Assembly (NCBI GenBank): GCA_033723415.1
Contig: JAWVXD010000006.1
Span: 64,001-128,000, forward strand
From: Sulfurospirillaceae bacterium
GTDB lineage: Bacteria; Campylobacterota; Campylobacteria; Campylobacterales; Sulfurospirillaceae
Direction of reading: 5' to 3'
DNA: 64,000 bases
The notes beneath the pieces were generated by a model that saw only the letters and a program-made list of their open reading frames with translations, searched no databases and was not told the origin of the DNA. Position numbers and translations under genes: made by a program. Within the stretch, counting starts at the first letter, position 1. The number at the start of each line of letters is the position of its first letter. This document shows, one piece after another, positions 21,213 to 32,426 of this stretch.

Positions 21213-22646
21213 CTATCCTACGCTGCCTTCCAATGATATGCTAAGAAGCGCTCTTGCTTCCACTGCAAATTCCATCGGCAATTCTTCTAAAATCTCTTTA
21301 CAAAATCCATTGACTATAAGAGAAACCGCATTTTCTTGTTCGATTCCGCGCTGACCTATATAAAATAGTTGTTCATCGCTTATCTTTGAAGTCGTCGCTT
21401 CATGTTCTATCTTTGCACTTTTATTTCTAACGTCTTGATAAGGGTATGTATTTGCTGAACAATCTCCGCCGATGAGCAGTGAATCACACTGTGAAAAATT
21501 TCTGGCATTTTCCGCATCTTTTCCTACCTTGACCAGACCTCTATATGCATTGATTCCTTTGAGAGCCGATACTCCTTTTGATATGATCGTTGATTTTGTA
21601 TTTTTACCAAGATGAATCATCTTAGTTCCGGTATCTGCCTGCTGAGATAGAGAAGTCAGAGCTACTGAGTAAAATTCTCCGACACTGTCATCACCTTTAA
21701 GTATACAACTTGGGTATTTCCAAGTAAGCGCAGAACCAGTTTCAACCTGTGTCCAAGATATTTTGGATCGATCTCCTTTGCAGATGCCACGCTTTGTCAC
21801 AAAGTTATAGATGCCGCCTTTTCCATTTTCATCACCTGGATACCAGTTTTGGATCGTCGAGTACTTGATCTGTGCATCTTTAAGCGCCACAAGTTCCACA
21901 ACAGCCGCGTGGAGTTGGTTCTCATCTCTCATAGGAGCCGAACAGCCTTCATTATAAGAAACGTAACTTCCTTCATCCGCGATGATCAGAGTCCTCTCAA
22001 ACTGACCAGTGTTTAGGGCATTGATCCTAAAATAAGTAGATAATTCCATAGGACATCTTGTGTTTTTAGGAATATATACAAAAGAACCATCAGTAAATAC
22101 GGCACAGTTAAGAGTTGCAAAATAGTTATCGTTATAAGGCACGACTGATGCCAGATATTTTTTCAAAAGTTCAGGATGTTCCTGTGCTGCTTCACTGATA
22201 GAGCAAAATATAATGCCTTTTTCACTAAGCTCTTTTTGGAATGTCGTCTTGACAGACACTGAGTCAAATACGGCATCAACCGCGATTCCTGCCAATGCTT
22301 TTTGTTCTTCCAGCGGAATTCCGAGCTTATTATATGTTTCCAATATCTGAGGGTCTATCTCATCCAAAGAATCCGGTGCCTTTTTGGGAGCAGAAAAATA
22401 GCTGATATTTTGGTAATCAATCTTCTCATGTGTTAAACCTGCCCAATCAGGTTCTTCCATAGTTAACCATTTTCTATATGCTTTTAATCTAAATTCCAGT
22501 AACCATTCAGGTTCATTTTTCTTTACGGAGATTGCTTTAATAACATCTTCATTTAAACCTGGAGGAAAAGTATCGGATTGGATGATCGTCTCAAATCCTA
22601 GAGCATAATCATTTGCGATTATGTCTTTTACAATTTTATTTTCCAT
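21213..22646 (-). CDS. sufB: SufB
   Basis: [38 protein letters not shown]. Confidence 0.97.
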   Translation of the reverse strand: MENKIVKDIIANDYALGFETIIQSDTFPPGLNEDVIKAISVKKNEPEWLLEFRLKAYRKWLTMEEPDWAGLTHEKIDYQNISYFSAPKKAPDSLDEIDPQILETYNKLGIPLEEQKALAGIAVDAVFDSVSVKTTFQKELSEKGIIFCSISEAAQEHPELLKKYLASVVPYNDNYFATLNCAVFTDGSFVYIPKNTRCPMELSTYFRINALNTGQFERTLIIADEGSYVSYNEGCSAPMRDENQLHAAVVELVALKDAQIKYSTIQNWYPGDENGKGGIYNFVTKRGICKGDRSKISWTQVETGSALTWKYPSCILKGDDSVGEFYSVALTSLSQQADTGTKMIHLGKNTKSTIISKGVSALKGINAYRGLVKVGKDAENARNFSQCDSLLIGGDCSANTYPYQDVRNKSAKIEHEATTSKISDEQLFYIGQRGIEQENAVSLIVNGFCKEILEELPMEFAVEARALLSISLEGSVG

Positions 22647-22665
22647 TTTTTTATTCTCCTAATGT

Positions 22666-22688
22666 AATAGGATAAATTTTATCCTATT
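22666..22688. promoter_or_regulatory. perfect 11-1-11 palindrome upstream of sufB (candidate Rrf2/IscR-type operator)
   Basis: AATAGGATAAA-T-TTTATCCTATT, about 20 nt upstream of the sufB start. Confidence 0.6.
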
Positions 22689-22829
22689 TAGAAATTTAGT
22701 ATACCACAAAAAAATTAAAAATACATTTTATATAATACAATATAAAAATTTTAAGAAAAAAGAGATTAAATATTTGATTTAATATGAAATTGGGTTAAAA
22801 TATCAAAATCATATAAATAAGGACAAAAC

Positions 22830-23456
22830 TTGCAAAAAAAGCTAAAAGGTCTGTATGCGATCACGGATGAAAAATTAACACCGCAAAATATTATAGTGGA
22901 TCGATGTATGGAAGCTTTGGATTGCGGAGTGAGAATCATACAGCACCGAGATAAGAACAGCACGGATAATGAAGTAGAAAAAATCTGTATAGAACTTCAA
23001 GAGCTTTGTAGACGATATGATGCTGTTTTTATCATCAATGATCGTCCGCACTTAGCACAGAAAATAGGAGCAGACGGTCTTCATATCGGCAAAGACGATA
23101 TGCCTTTTTCTGAGACAAGAAAGATATATACAGAAGGTATCATAGGAGTTTCATGCTATGGAAGTCTTGATATAGCAAAAGAAGCACAGATCAACGGTGC
23201 CGCATATGTTGCATTTGGCGCTTTTTTCCCGACTCCGACAAAACCGGATTCCGGTGTATTTCCAATGGATGTATTAGGGAAGGCTAAAAAGAGTTTAAAT
23301 CTTCCAGTCTGCGCGATAGGCGGCATAAACTCTTCAAATATAGATATCATCGATCAACACAAACCAGATATGCTTTGTTGTGTCAGCGCCATATTTGATG
23401 GCAACATAAAAGAAAATATAAGATTACTAAATCAAAAGATAAAAGAGAGATATTAG
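22830..23456 (+). CDS. thiE: thiamine-phosphate synthase
   Basis: LYAITD, QHRDK, INDR, GLHIGKDD, FPTPTKP, AIGGIN. Confidence 0.95.
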   Translation: MQKKLKGLYAITDEKLTPQNIIVDRCMEALDCGVRIIQHRDKNSTDNEVEKICIELQELCRRYDAVFIINDRPHLAQKIGADGLHIGKDDMPFSETRKIYTEGIIGVSCYGSLDIAKEAQINGAAYVAFGAFFPTPTKPDSGVFPMDVLGKAKKSLNLPVCAIGGINSSNIDIIDQHKPDMLCCVSAIFDGNIKENIRLLNQKIKERY

Positions 23457-23477
23457 GGATGAATTAAATTCATCCCT
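23455..23477. terminator. hairpin between convergent thiE and dat
   Basis: agggatgaatt-a-aattcatccct followed by tctcttt. Confidence 0.7.
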
Positions 23478-23485
23478 TCTCTTTG

Positions 23486-24340
23486 TTAGTTATTTGCTTC
23501 GTTTAATGCAGCTTCAACATATAGTCGGCGTAATTTTTTAACCATGGGACCAGGTTTACCATCGCCTATCTTTTTTCCGTCTATCTCAACGATAGGCAAT
23601 ACAAATACAGTAGCGCTAGACATAAAAGCTTCATCGGCTTCCATTGCTTCTTCAAGCGTGAAAAGTCTCTCTTCCACTTTGATGCCGTGATCTTTTGTCA
23701 ATGACATTAGTACCTTGCGTCTGATACCGGGCAATATAAGATTTGAAAGAGGACGCGTTATGATCACACCGTCTTTTACGATATAAGCAGATGACGACGT
23801 ACCCTCCGTCACAAAACCGTCTTCTATCATCCAACCTTCATAAGCACCTTTTTGATGCACTTCTTCTTTGGCAAGGACTTGTCCTAAAAGCGAGATGGAC
23901 TTGATATCTCTTCGCTTCCATCTTATATCTTCCACGCTTGAGACTTTAACGCCGGATTCTGCCAAAGGCGTATTGATGATCTCTTTTTTGAAGATAAATG
24001 CCATAAACGTAGAAGGCGTGTTACTTGGAAAGTAAAACTCCCTTGGTGCCACTCCACGTGTGACTTGCATATAAATGCCACCCTCAACCAAATCGTTTTT
24101 CTCGATAAGCTGATTTAATATCTCTACCACTTCTTCTCTACTATACGGCGATTTAAGTCCGATCTTGCTAAGACTTCCATCAAAACGCTCAAAAAACGGT
24201 TCTTTATCAATAACCTTTGAATTTATGACAGGAACTACTTCATATATACCGTCACCAAAAAGAAATCCTCTATCAAAGATCGATACTTTGGCATCTTCTT
24301 TGTTTAAGTAATCTCCGTTTAAAAATACAATTTCACTCAT
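23486..24340 (-). CDS. dat: D-amino-acid transaminase
   Basis: DRGFLFGDGIYEV, RWKRRDIKS, EGTSSS, ILPGIRR. Confidence 0.9.
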   Translation of the reverse strand: MSEIVFLNGDYLNKEDAKVSIFDRGFLFGDGIYEVVPVINSKVIDKEPFFERFDGSLSKIGLKSPYSREEVVEILNQLIEKNDLVEGGIYMQVTRGVAPREFYFPSNTPSTFMAFIFKKEIINTPLAESGVKVSSVEDIRWKRRDIKSISLLGQVLAKEEVHQKGAYEGWMIEDGFVTEGTSSSAYIVKDGVIITRPLSNLILPGIRRKVLMSLTKDHGIKVEERLFTLEEAMEADEAFMSSATVFVLPIVEIDGKKIGDGKPGPMVKKLRRLYVEAALNEANN

Positions 24341-24419
24341 CTTTACTCCATTTTAAAATAAACTCGATTTTAATGATATATTATCTAAAATAATATTAGA
24401 AATGTATAGAAATCAAGTC

Positions 24420-25370
24420 TTAATTTTCTATTTTTACATCTACATGTTCTTGTATAAATCTTTTGTCTTCTCTGCCTTTTTTTATTATATCCATAGCGCT
24501 TATACCGGTACTGTCTTTACTGCTAAGAAGAAAGCTTATCTTATCCTTCTTCCCATTTAGAATATTTTCAACCGAATCAAAAAGGTGCAGATCAAGTTTG
24601 TTCTTTGAAAGTGCCTTCTTTTTTTCTATATTCGCAAGTGCTACTTGCAAAAACTTATTCCATTTTTCATCTATTTTGGCATCAGTTATATTTTGATCAG
24701 GTGAGACTATTTTTAAAATTTTTCCAAAAGTCTCTTTTTTATTTTTTAGGTTTAGATCAAACTTTATGTTTGTAAACAATATATTTCTAGGATCTTCTTT
24801 GACACTGTTTGAATTTGATCCGGTTAGAAAAAGCTTGAAAGGGAATATTGCATTGTTGTATGAAAATCCAAAATTTTTAAACTTTTCTAGTTTTCTGCCT
24901 TGAAATTCCAAATTTCCCTTGATAACCATATCTCCTTGAACAAATAATCTAATTATCTTGTCTATCTTTTCATAATCGGATTTTTTCAATATTCTACCTG
25001 ACATGATAGAAAAAAGCATAATTCTATTTTTAAGATCAACCCCGTTTGCGTCTATACCGAGAAGGGAAATGTTTAGATCAATATTGGATGTTTTTCCTTT
25101 TTTGATTTTTGCAAACTGTTCAAAATTATTAAACACGATCTTTTTGACTCTGGTTCCATCACGTAAAAAAGCATTATTAACAACGCACTGCATAGAAAAC
25201 AACCCTTGACAGTCAACTTTGGTATACAAAAAACCTGCTTTTTGTAATGAGTTTGTCAACTCATGAGTAGCCTTTTGCGTAGTCTGCATAATAAAGTAAT
25301 AACCTGCACCTACGATTACGACAATCGCTACTATAATTGATATCAACCATCTTGATTTTTTGTTTTCCAT
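24420..25370 (-). CDS. hypothetical membrane-anchored periplasmic protein
   Basis: 316 aa, single N-terminal TM; carries DLNIS and DQNIT sequons. Confidence 0.75.
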   Translation of the reverse strand: MENKKSRWLISIIVAIVVIVGAGYYFIMQTTQKATHELTNSLQKAGFLYTKVDCQGLFSMQCVVNNAFLRDGTRVKKIVFNNFEQFAKIKKGKTSNIDLNISLLGIDANGVDLKNRIMLFSIMSGRILKKSDYEKIDKIIRLFVQGDMVIKGNLEFQGRKLEKFKNFGFSYNNAIFPFKLFLTGSNSNSVKEDPRNILFTNIKFDLNLKNKKETFGKILKIVSPDQNITDAKIDEKWNKFLQVALANIEKKKALSKNKLDLHLFDSVENILNGKKDKISFLLSSKDSTGISAMDIIKKGREDKRFIQEHVDVKIEN

Positions 25371-25505
25371 TTATAACGCCCACAGCCTTTAATTTTTAAT
25401 ATTATGCCATATTTTGGAAACAATTTGATATAGGGATTTGTATAGTTTTGCCTCAAATTTAGTATAAACACGCTAAAATATAATTATAAATAATCAAGGA
25501 ATAAA

Positions 25506-25727
25506 ATGGGAAATATTACAAACAATAGTGTTAAGATGGAAAATGGCTATAAACTGGCAGAGCTTTATAAACAACAAAAGAACTCTTTTATAGCATCTCA
25601 AAAACAAAAAGACAAGGAAGCAGGAGGAGTCAATTCAAATATCGCAAAGATGAAAAGTGATGCTAAAAAAGCCAAAGAAAAGGCCAAAGCTAAAAAAGCT
25701 AAAAAAGACAGAAAAAGAAACAAATAA
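25506..25727 (+). CDS. small Lys-rich hypothetical protein
   Basis: AAGGA SD; stop overlaps the next ATG. Confidence 0.65.
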   Translation: MGNITNNSVKMENGYKLAELYKQQKNSFIASQKQKDKEAGGVNSNIAKMKSDAKKAKEKAKAKKAKKDRKRNK

Positions 25728-26353
25728 TGCCATTATCTATTTGGACCTTCCTCATAGCTATAACGCTTCTTACTATGACTCCCGGTGTTGATACTATGAT
25801 AGTGTTGAGAAATACACTAAGAGGCGGTACGAAAGATGGACTCGTTTCAAGTTTGGGGATCTGTTCAGGACTTTTCGTTCATGCATTTTTATCAGCAGTC
25901 GGAATTTCGGCAATCCTGCTCTACTCTGCCGCTGCTTTTACGATACTAAAAACGATAGGCGCACTCTACCTTATCTGGTTGGGATTTGTAAATCTTAAAG
26001 CTTTTTTTGATAATGATGAACAAAAAAAGCTTAAAACAATAAAACGACAATTTTCTTTTGTTCGCTCGCTTCGTGAGGGATTTCTCTCAAACGTGCTAAA
26101 TCCAAAAGCAATCGTGTTTTATATGGCGTTTCTGCCGCAGTTCATATCACCCAATCACTCTGCACTGGCACAATCTATGTTCTTGGCTTCCCTACATTTT
26201 GGCATCGCCATGATTTGGCAAGGACTTCTCATCTATACTATAGGTTCTGCAAACAACTTTATCATGAAAAAAAACGTGCGAAAAAGTCTGGATGTGATTT
26301 CAGGATCCGTCATGATCGGGCTTGGTATCAAACTTTTTTTAGTTCAAAAGTAA
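25727..26353 (+). CDS. LysE/RhtB family translocator
   Basis: TPGVD, GALYLIWLG, GFLSNVLNPKA. Confidence 0.92.
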   Translation: MPLSIWTFLIAITLLTMTPGVDTMIVLRNTLRGGTKDGLVSSLGICSGLFVHAFLSAVGISAILLYSAAAFTILKTIGALYLIWLGFVNLKAFFDNDEQKKLKTIKRQFSFVRSLREGFLSNVLNPKAIVFYMAFLPQFISPNHSALAQSMFLASLHFGIAMIWQGLLIYTIGSANNFIMKKNVRKSLDVISGSVMIGLGIKLFLVQK

Positions 26354-26367
26354 ATCAAAGCCAAACA

Positions 26368-27591
26368 TCAAGAATCCACTCTAGGGTCTAGCTGAGATAG
26401 TTCAGCTCCGGATGCTACAGGCATCGTCACAAAGATACTCAAGTCATCATCTGCAACTCTTTTTTTAGATAATGCATAAAAAGTCAAAAAGATTCCTAAT
26501 GACCCAAAGATCACAAAGATGACACCGTGAAAATATTCCATCAAAAATCCCATGATTGCAGGAGCAGTAAAGGAACCGACTCCATAAACAAACAAAAGTG
26601 CCCTACTGATCTCTACGATATTTTTGTTTTCATCAACAACATCATTGGCTCTGGCAACTCCTAATGGATAGATCGAGAACATAGCAAATCCGAATAAAAA
26701 CCCTAAAATATAGATCATGTTAGGATTTGTGCCGACCAGCAGAAATAATATTGATACTAAGGCGGTAAAAGATCCGCATATCGCTATCAATTTCCTTCTT
26801 CCGAATTTATCAGATAAGATTCCTATAGGCCATTGAGAAAGTAATCCTCCGATTAATGTCATCATCATAAAGTACGACACCACGTGAACTGATCCAAATT
26901 GCGTCAATATATAAACAGGAACCATTGTAAACAATCCACCTACAAAAATACCTGCCAAGAAACAAGAAACAAGAGCCAAAGGGACAATAGAATAAATTTT
27001 TGGAAAACTATAATTTGTCAATGGCTCCAGTATCGGCTCTTTTATCTTCGTTAAGGCAATTGCCACAACAGAGAACAAAACCAGGACCGATCCTGCAATA
27101 AAAATAGTCTTACTTAGTGAGATATCTAAAGATAAGAAAAGCTGTCCTACCGCCAAAAATAAAGAAAAGATCACCGTATAGGTAGCAAGGATCACTCCTC
27201 TATCATCGGAGGTACTTTTTTCATTTAGCCAACTCTCGATGATGATCAACAAACCATAATAAGCAAAACCGGCAACAAATCTCAGCACTCCCCAAAGCAC
27301 TTCATTAAAAAATATAGATTGCAATAAAAAAGTCACGACCATTACTGAAGCAAATGCAGAAAAGCTTCGAATATGCCCGACTCTAGAGATAATACTTTGG
27401 CTAAAAATTGACGATGCGATCGAACCTAAGAAGAAAGCGGCATTGATCATCCCGATCGCCGTATTGCTGATATGTTCTCCTTTGAGATATACTCCGATAT
27501 AGGTAAAGATCATACCGTATCCAAGTGCCAAAAAAGCAATTGCAACAAAAAGTGAAGATATCTGAATAATAGAGAGTGTATTTCGTGTCAT
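26368..27591 (-). CDS. MFS transporter (YcaD-like)
   Basis: about 12 TM; RVGHIRSF, IESWLN, QWPIGILSDKFGRR. Confidence 0.9.
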   Translation of the reverse strand: MTRNTLSIIQISSLFVAIAFLALGYGMIFTYIGVYLKGEHISNTAIGMINAAFFLGSIASSIFSQSIISRVGHIRSFSAFASVMVVTFLLQSIFFNEVLWGVLRFVAGFAYYGLLIIIESWLNEKSTSDDRGVILATYTVIFSLFLAVGQLFLSLDISLSKTIFIAGSVLVLFSVVAIALTKIKEPILEPLTNYSFPKIYSIVPLALVSCFLAGIFVGGLFTMVPVYILTQFGSVHVVSYFMMMTLIGGLLSQWPIGILSDKFGRRKLIAICGSFTALVSILFLLVGTNPNMIYILGFLFGFAMFSIYPLGVARANDVVDENKNIVEISRALLFVYGVGSFTAPAIMGFLMEYFHGVIFVIFGSLGIFLTFYALSKKRVADDDLSIFVTMPVASGAELSQLDPRVDS

Positions 27592-27666
27592 ATATTGCGT
27601 CTGCCTTTTGCTATGTAACTGTTTTTCCGTATTGTATCAAACTTGCCAAGATTTTTATACAATTAT

Positions 27667-28962
27667 TTAATATTTTCTATTAAAAAAATGTCCACGCACA
27701 AATCTTCCATAACAAAATTCAAACAAAAATGAGAAGATGACAAATATCAAAAATACGAAAACAGCATTTGAATCTTTTGCATATGTGTATATCAAAAGTG
27801 TGAACAAAGACACCGTACTGATTATGGATGAAAACAACAGAACTTTTTTGTCTGCTTTAATATCACTAACAAGTCTATATGCACTGATATTCACAATAGA
27901 AAATATCAACAAGAATCCTGCACTTCCGATGATAGCTATCTCAGTCAAATTTATAGAATTTGCAATTAAAAGACTTATAATAGATGTAATTATTACGCCA
28001 AATACCGGAATATCCCTCTTCTCTTTGTCCAATATTTTAGGCAATTTACCTTCCTTGGCTATGATGTAGCCAAGCCTTGCATTTCCATAGATTGTCGCAT
28101 TTATAGCAGAAAAAGTTGCTAAAAGAGCGGCAACGGATACGATAACAAAACCAACATGACCTAAAGTCGGCTGTGCAGCTATAGCCAAAGCATAATCTTT
28201 TGCGATTATTAGTTTGCTTTGGGAAACGGAACCTACAGTTATAAGAGCTATTAGCATATATAAGACAATAACAAATATAACTGAACCATAAAATGCCCTT
28301 GGGAGATTTTTTTCAGGATCTTTTATCTCTTCAGCCGTATTTGCTATCAATTCAAAGCCCTCATATGCTACGAATATGATCATGCCTGCTACGATTATAG
28401 AAAAGGCAGGTTCCCAATTACTTGGAGACAATCTTGACATATCTACATGTGAAGAACCGAACACTATTATCACCATAAGCAAGATTATTTTTATAGCGAC
28501 TATGAACGATTCTGATTTACTTACAAATGATGCCTTTAGCAAATTTATAGCAGCAGGAAGGATAATAGCAAAACTTATAAGAGCATGTCTCAGCCATATC
28601 TCATTCGTATTTTTAAAGAAAGTCAGACCATATGATGCAAAAGCTGTCGCATACAGCGATATTGTCACTAGATAGCTCAGCCAAAGAAGCAGATTTATAC
28701 TTCCAGATAGAAGATTATGTTTAAAAGCATTGTCGATAAAGACAACAGTGCCTCCTCTATTTTGATACCTGACAGAAAGTTTTGCATACGAATATGATGT
28801 AAGAAGCGCTACTATTCCGGCTACAAAAAAAGAGATGGCAGTAGCACCTTTTGCCAAAGATACAGCTTCACCCAAAACTGCAAAAATTCCTCCGCCGACC
28901 ATGCCTCCCACTCCGATAGCTATCGCACCAAAAAGTCCTATGTCTTTATCTTTCGTATTCAT
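27667..28962 (-). CDS. APC family amino acid permease
   Basis: GGMVGGGIF, AYEGFELIAN. Confidence 0.9.
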   Translation of the reverse strand: MNTKDKDIGLFGAIAIGVGGMVGGGIFAVLGEAVSLAKGATAISFFVAGIVALLTSYSYAKLSVRYQNRGGTVVFIDNAFKHNLLSGSINLLLWLSYLVTISLYATAFASYGLTFFKNTNEIWLRHALISFAIILPAAINLLKASFVSKSESFIVAIKIILLMVIIVFGSSHVDMSRLSPSNWEPAFSIIVAGMIIFVAYEGFELIANTAEEIKDPEKNLPRAFYGSVIFVIVLYMLIALITVGSVSQSKLIIAKDYALAIAAQPTLGHVGFVIVSVAALLATFSAINATIYGNARLGYIIAKEGKLPKILDKEKRDIPVFGVIITSIISLLIANSINLTEIAIIGSAGFLLIFSIVNISAYRLVSDIKADKKVLLFSSIISTVSLFTLLIYTYAKDSNAVFVFLIFVIFSFLFEFCYGRFVRGHFFNRKY

Positions 28963-28979
28963 GATCTGATTTTTACAGC

Positions 28980-29264
28980 CTAAGATATCTTAGTATTTTC
29001 TTCCCAAAGTATATAGCCTCTCACTCCGTTTGACTTCCAGACTCCACCTGCAAGTTTGCCTTGCTTAGTTAGATCAAAATTTTTACCTTTTTTTTCTAGA
29101 TATCCCATCTCGACAAATTTTTTGTTAAGTTCATTGGTCTTTAGTCCAAGTTTTAAAGCCAATTTTGAAGTAGTGAGTTTTGTTGACTCTTTTATCTTTT
29201 TTAAACTTTTTTCAGGCTTGATGTCCTTTTTTTCTATAGTTTTTTCACTCTTTTTTTCTTTCAT
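28980..29264 (-). CDS. hypothetical basic protein, possible winged helix
   Basis: TTSKLALKLG..GYL..LTKQGK pattern; GAGG SD. Confidence 0.6.
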   Translation of the reverse strand: MKEKKSEKTIEKKDIKPEKSLKKIKESTKLTTSKLALKLGLKTNELNKKFVEMGYLEKKGKNFDLTKQGKLAGGVWKSNGVRGYILWEENTKIS

Positions 29265-29327
29265 ACGATACCTCGTTATTTTTTATGTATTGTATCTAAT
29301 CCAACCGTTTTTGCGGTTATTTTCATA

Positions 29328-29903
29328 CTATTTTTTATCGTAAGCTGCTTCAAGTTTTTTGTGTATATAAAAATAAAAAAGCCCAAATACTGCCAATGCC
29401 AAAGGCAAAGCAATATACCAATAAGGCTTTAACAAAGAAAACAAAGCGATGATATGCTTGCCAAAATATGCGACAGGAGACATTATAACCGTGCTCCAGC
29501 ACAAAGCTGAAAAGATATTTATAAGAGCAAAACGTTTGATGCTAAATCCGCTCAAACCGATGGATAACGGTATGATCGTTCTCATTCCGTATATATAGCG
29601 TTGTAAAAATATAAGATGCCAATCATACTTTTGCAGTAAACGCTTGGCAAGGGCTATTTTACGTCGTTGTTTGACAAATTTGCGATAAACAAAATTTTTC
29701 TTGGAATGGCCTAGATAAAAATAAAATTGATCTCCACAAAAAGCTCCGGCAGTGGCAAAACCTATGGCGATAAAAAGATTCATATGCCCCGTATGTACCA
29801 GCAATCCTGCCATAAACAAGGCCGTTTCTCCCTCTAAGATGCACCAGACAAATAAAATCACATAACCATATGTTTTCATGAGTTCTAATAAATATGCTTC
29901 CAT
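29328..29903 (-). CDS. DedA family protein
   Basis: LEGE, GDQFYFYLG, QRYIYGMRT. Confidence 0.92.
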   Translation of the reverse strand: MEAYLLELMKTYGYVILFVWCILEGETALFMAGLLVHTGHMNLFIAIGFATAGAFCGDQFYFYLGHSKKNFVYRKFVKQRRKIALAKRLLQKYDWHLIFLQRYIYGMRTIIPLSIGLSGFSIKRFALINIFSALCWSTVIMSPVAYFGKHIIALFSLLKPYWYIALPLALAVFGLFYFYIHKKLEAAYDKK

Positions 29904-29967
29904 ATGTCTCCATATCTTTTTGTTTTATGATTAGTCTTGGTTTATAAAATGATATCTTTCTATTAGG

Positions 29968-30189
29968 TTAAAAAGTTTTAAGATACAATTTTTCCACTTT
30001 TTCTCTGGCCCATTGGGTTCTTCTTAAAAATTTCAAGCTTGATTTTACTGATGGATCGTTATTGAAACAATTGATATTGATAAGCTTGCCCAACTCTTCC
30101 CATCCATAGTATTCTACAAGCTTGATGAGCATCTGTTCTAATGTTATTCCGTGTAAGGGATTATTTGGTTGTTTGTTCATAATTTGCAT
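29968..30189 (-). CDS. VF530/DUF2132 family protein
   Basis: [36 protein letters not shown]. Confidence 0.92.
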   Translation of the reverse strand: MQIMNKQPNNPLHGITLEQMLIKLVEYYGWEELGKLININCFNNDPSVKSSLKFLRRTQWAREKVEKLYLKTF

Positions 30190-30265
30190 TATAACTTTTT
30201 TTAGTTTATTGGAAAATTATCTTGGCAAAAAACATTCTTGACTTTATGGCTATATCTTTGATACT

Positions 30266-31606
30266 ATGGATATAGTAAGTTTTTATATACCATTGAATAA
30301 TTTTAATATTAGGAGTATGGTTATGACAAAATTAATCTTTTTACTTTCTATTATTTTCTCCTCACTCTTTGCCACCTCTTCTATTGTCGTTCAATTGGAT
30401 ATAAAAGGGGCAATCGGCCCTGCTAGCAGTGCTTATCTAAAAAACGGCTTTGACATGGCAATACGTAAAAAAGCTCAGATAGTACTTGTCAAGCTTGACA
30501 CTCCGGGAGGTCTATCCTCGTCTATGAGGGAGATGATTCAAGAGATCACAAATACTAAAATACCCGTTGTCATGTATGTTTATCCGGAGGGAGCTAGGGC
30601 GGCAAGTGCAGGAACCTACCTAATGTACGCTTCCAATGTAGCAGCTATGGCACAAGGCACGAATATAGGTGCAGCAACGCCTATAAACTTATTGCCCACT
30701 AGATCTACTGCGAACAAACCTTCCACACATGAAGCAAAGGCCATAAACGATGCTGCGGCATATATTCAAAGTTTGGCTGAATTGCGTGACAGGAACGCTT
30801 CATGGGCGATTGATGCCGTGCGAAATGCAAAAAGTATCTCCGCAAAAAAAGCCTTACGTTTGGGAGTGATAGATTTGATAGCTAATAATACACAGGAATT
30901 ACTACAAAAGCTTGATGGAAGAATCGTCCAAGTATCTGATAAAAATATTGTTTTAAATACAAAAAACGCACTCATCATAAGCTATCAGGTAGATTGGAAA
31001 ACCAAACTCTTATATATAATCACAAATCCAAATATTATATATATTCTTTTGCTCATTGCTCTATATGGCATATTTTTCGAGCTAATGAATCCAGGCGGAG
31101 TTTTACCTGGTGTCATAGGAGCTATTTGCGGTATAATCGTGCTTTATTCATTAAATTTACTTCCTTTTAATTATGCCGGATTACTTTTGATCATGCTAGG
31201 TGTCGGTTTTATGATAGCTGAGATATTTGTGTCAGGATTTGGAGTTTTAGGTATCGGTGGGGTTGTTGCATTTATATTCGGTTCTGTTTTATTATTTGAT
31301 GCGAATACATTAGGCAATAGTATATCTATCCCTTTGATTATAGCCTTTGCACTTGTAAGTATTTCGTTCTTTATTATAATTGCCAGGATGTTTATACGAT
31401 CACGATCTGCTAAAGTAGTGAGTGGAGTAGAAGATTTGATAGGCTCGATAGGACAAGTGATAGATGTACATGAAACAAATTATCGTGTTATGTGCCAAGG
31501 AGAGATATGGAATGCCATCAGCCAGGAGAAGTTGACAGTTGGCGAGAGTATTAAAGTCGTAGGATTAAATGGTCTTACGCTGGATATTAAACCAAATAAG
31601 GAGTAA
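30266..31606 (+). CDS. nfeD: NfeD membrane-bound serine protease
   Basis: LDTPGG, AASAG, IGAATP, TM cluster, GEIWNA OB-fold; true start probably near 30317-30323. Confidence 0.92.
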   Translation: MDIVSFYIPLNNFNIRSMVMTKLIFLLSIIFSSLFATSSIVVQLDIKGAIGPASSAYLKNGFDMAIRKKAQIVLVKLDTPGGLSSSMREMIQEITNTKIPVVMYVYPEGARAASAGTYLMYASNVAAMAQGTNIGAATPINLLPTRSTANKPSTHEAKAINDAAAYIQSLAELRDRNASWAIDAVRNAKSISAKKALRLGVIDLIANNTQELLQKLDGRIVQVSDKNIVLNTKNALIISYQVDWKTKLLYIITNPNIIYILLLIALYGIFFELMNPGGVLPGVIGAICGIIVLYSLNLLPFNYAGLLLIMLGVGFMIAEIFVSGFGVLGIGGVVAFIFGSVLLFDANTLGNSISIPLIIAFALVSISFFIIIARMFIRSRSAKVVSGVEDLIGSIGQVIDVHETNYRVMCQGEIWNAISQEKLTVGESIKVVGLNGLTLDIKPNKE

Positions 31607-31609
31607 ATC

Positions 31610-32377
31610 ATGTTTTTAAACCTACCTATGATCATATTATATGTTTTTATTTTAATCGTTCTTTTACTCGCAATGTCGATCAGAATATTACGAGAATATC
31701 AACGTGGAGTTATCTTTACGCTCGGACGTTTTAGCGGGGTCAAGGGTCCAGGATTGATAATTCTGATACCTTTTATCCAGCAGATGGTAAAAGTCGATCT
31801 TCGCATAGTGGTGCTTGATGTCCCTACGCAAGATGTTATCTCTCATGACAATGTTTCTGTACATGTCAATGCAGTAGTATATTTTCGTGTGATAGATCCT
31901 CAAAAAGCGATCATTCAAGTTGAAGATTTTCTCTCTGCGACAAGTCAGTTGGCACAGACAACGCTTCGTTCCGTTCTAGGTGGTCATGAACTTGATGAAA
32001 TGCTTGCTGAGAGAGAGCGATTGAACTCTGATATTCAAGATATATTGGATAAAAGAACTGATGCTTGGGGAATCAAGATCTCAAATGTAGAGATAAAACA
32101 TATAGACCTGGACGAAAGTATGATTCGAGCTATAGCTAAGCAGGCAGAAGCTGAAAGAGAACGAAGATCTAAGGTCATCAACGCCAAAGGAGAGCTAGAA
32201 GCGAGTAAAAACATCCTTGCAGCAGCAGAGAACCTCAGTAAAAATGATCTGGGCATACAACTACGTTATCTTCAAACAATGAGTGATATATCAAATGATA
32301 AAACAAACACTTTGATCTTTCCTTTTCCTATGGAGATTGCAAATCTTTTCAAAAAAAGTGTGGAAAAATTGTCTTGA
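31610..32377 (+). CDS. SPFH/stomatin-like (slipin) protein
   Basis: [31 protein letters not shown]; paired with nfeD. Confidence 0.95.
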   Translation: MFLNLPMIILYVFILIVLLLAMSIRILREYQRGVIFTLGRFSGVKGPGLIILIPFIQQMVKVDLRIVVLDVPTQDVISHDNVSVHVNAVVYFRVIDPQKAIIQVEDFLSATSQLAQTTLRSVLGGHELDEMLAERERLNSDIQDILDKRTDAWGIKISNVEIKHIDLDESMIRAIAKQAEAERERRSKVINAKGELEASKNILAAAENLSKNDLGIQLRYLQTMSDISNDKTNTLIFPFPMEIANLFKKSVEKLS

Positions 32378-32426
32378 CATAAATAAGCGAAGACCATAAT
32401 CGTAACGCAAAAAGGAGGGAACGATT

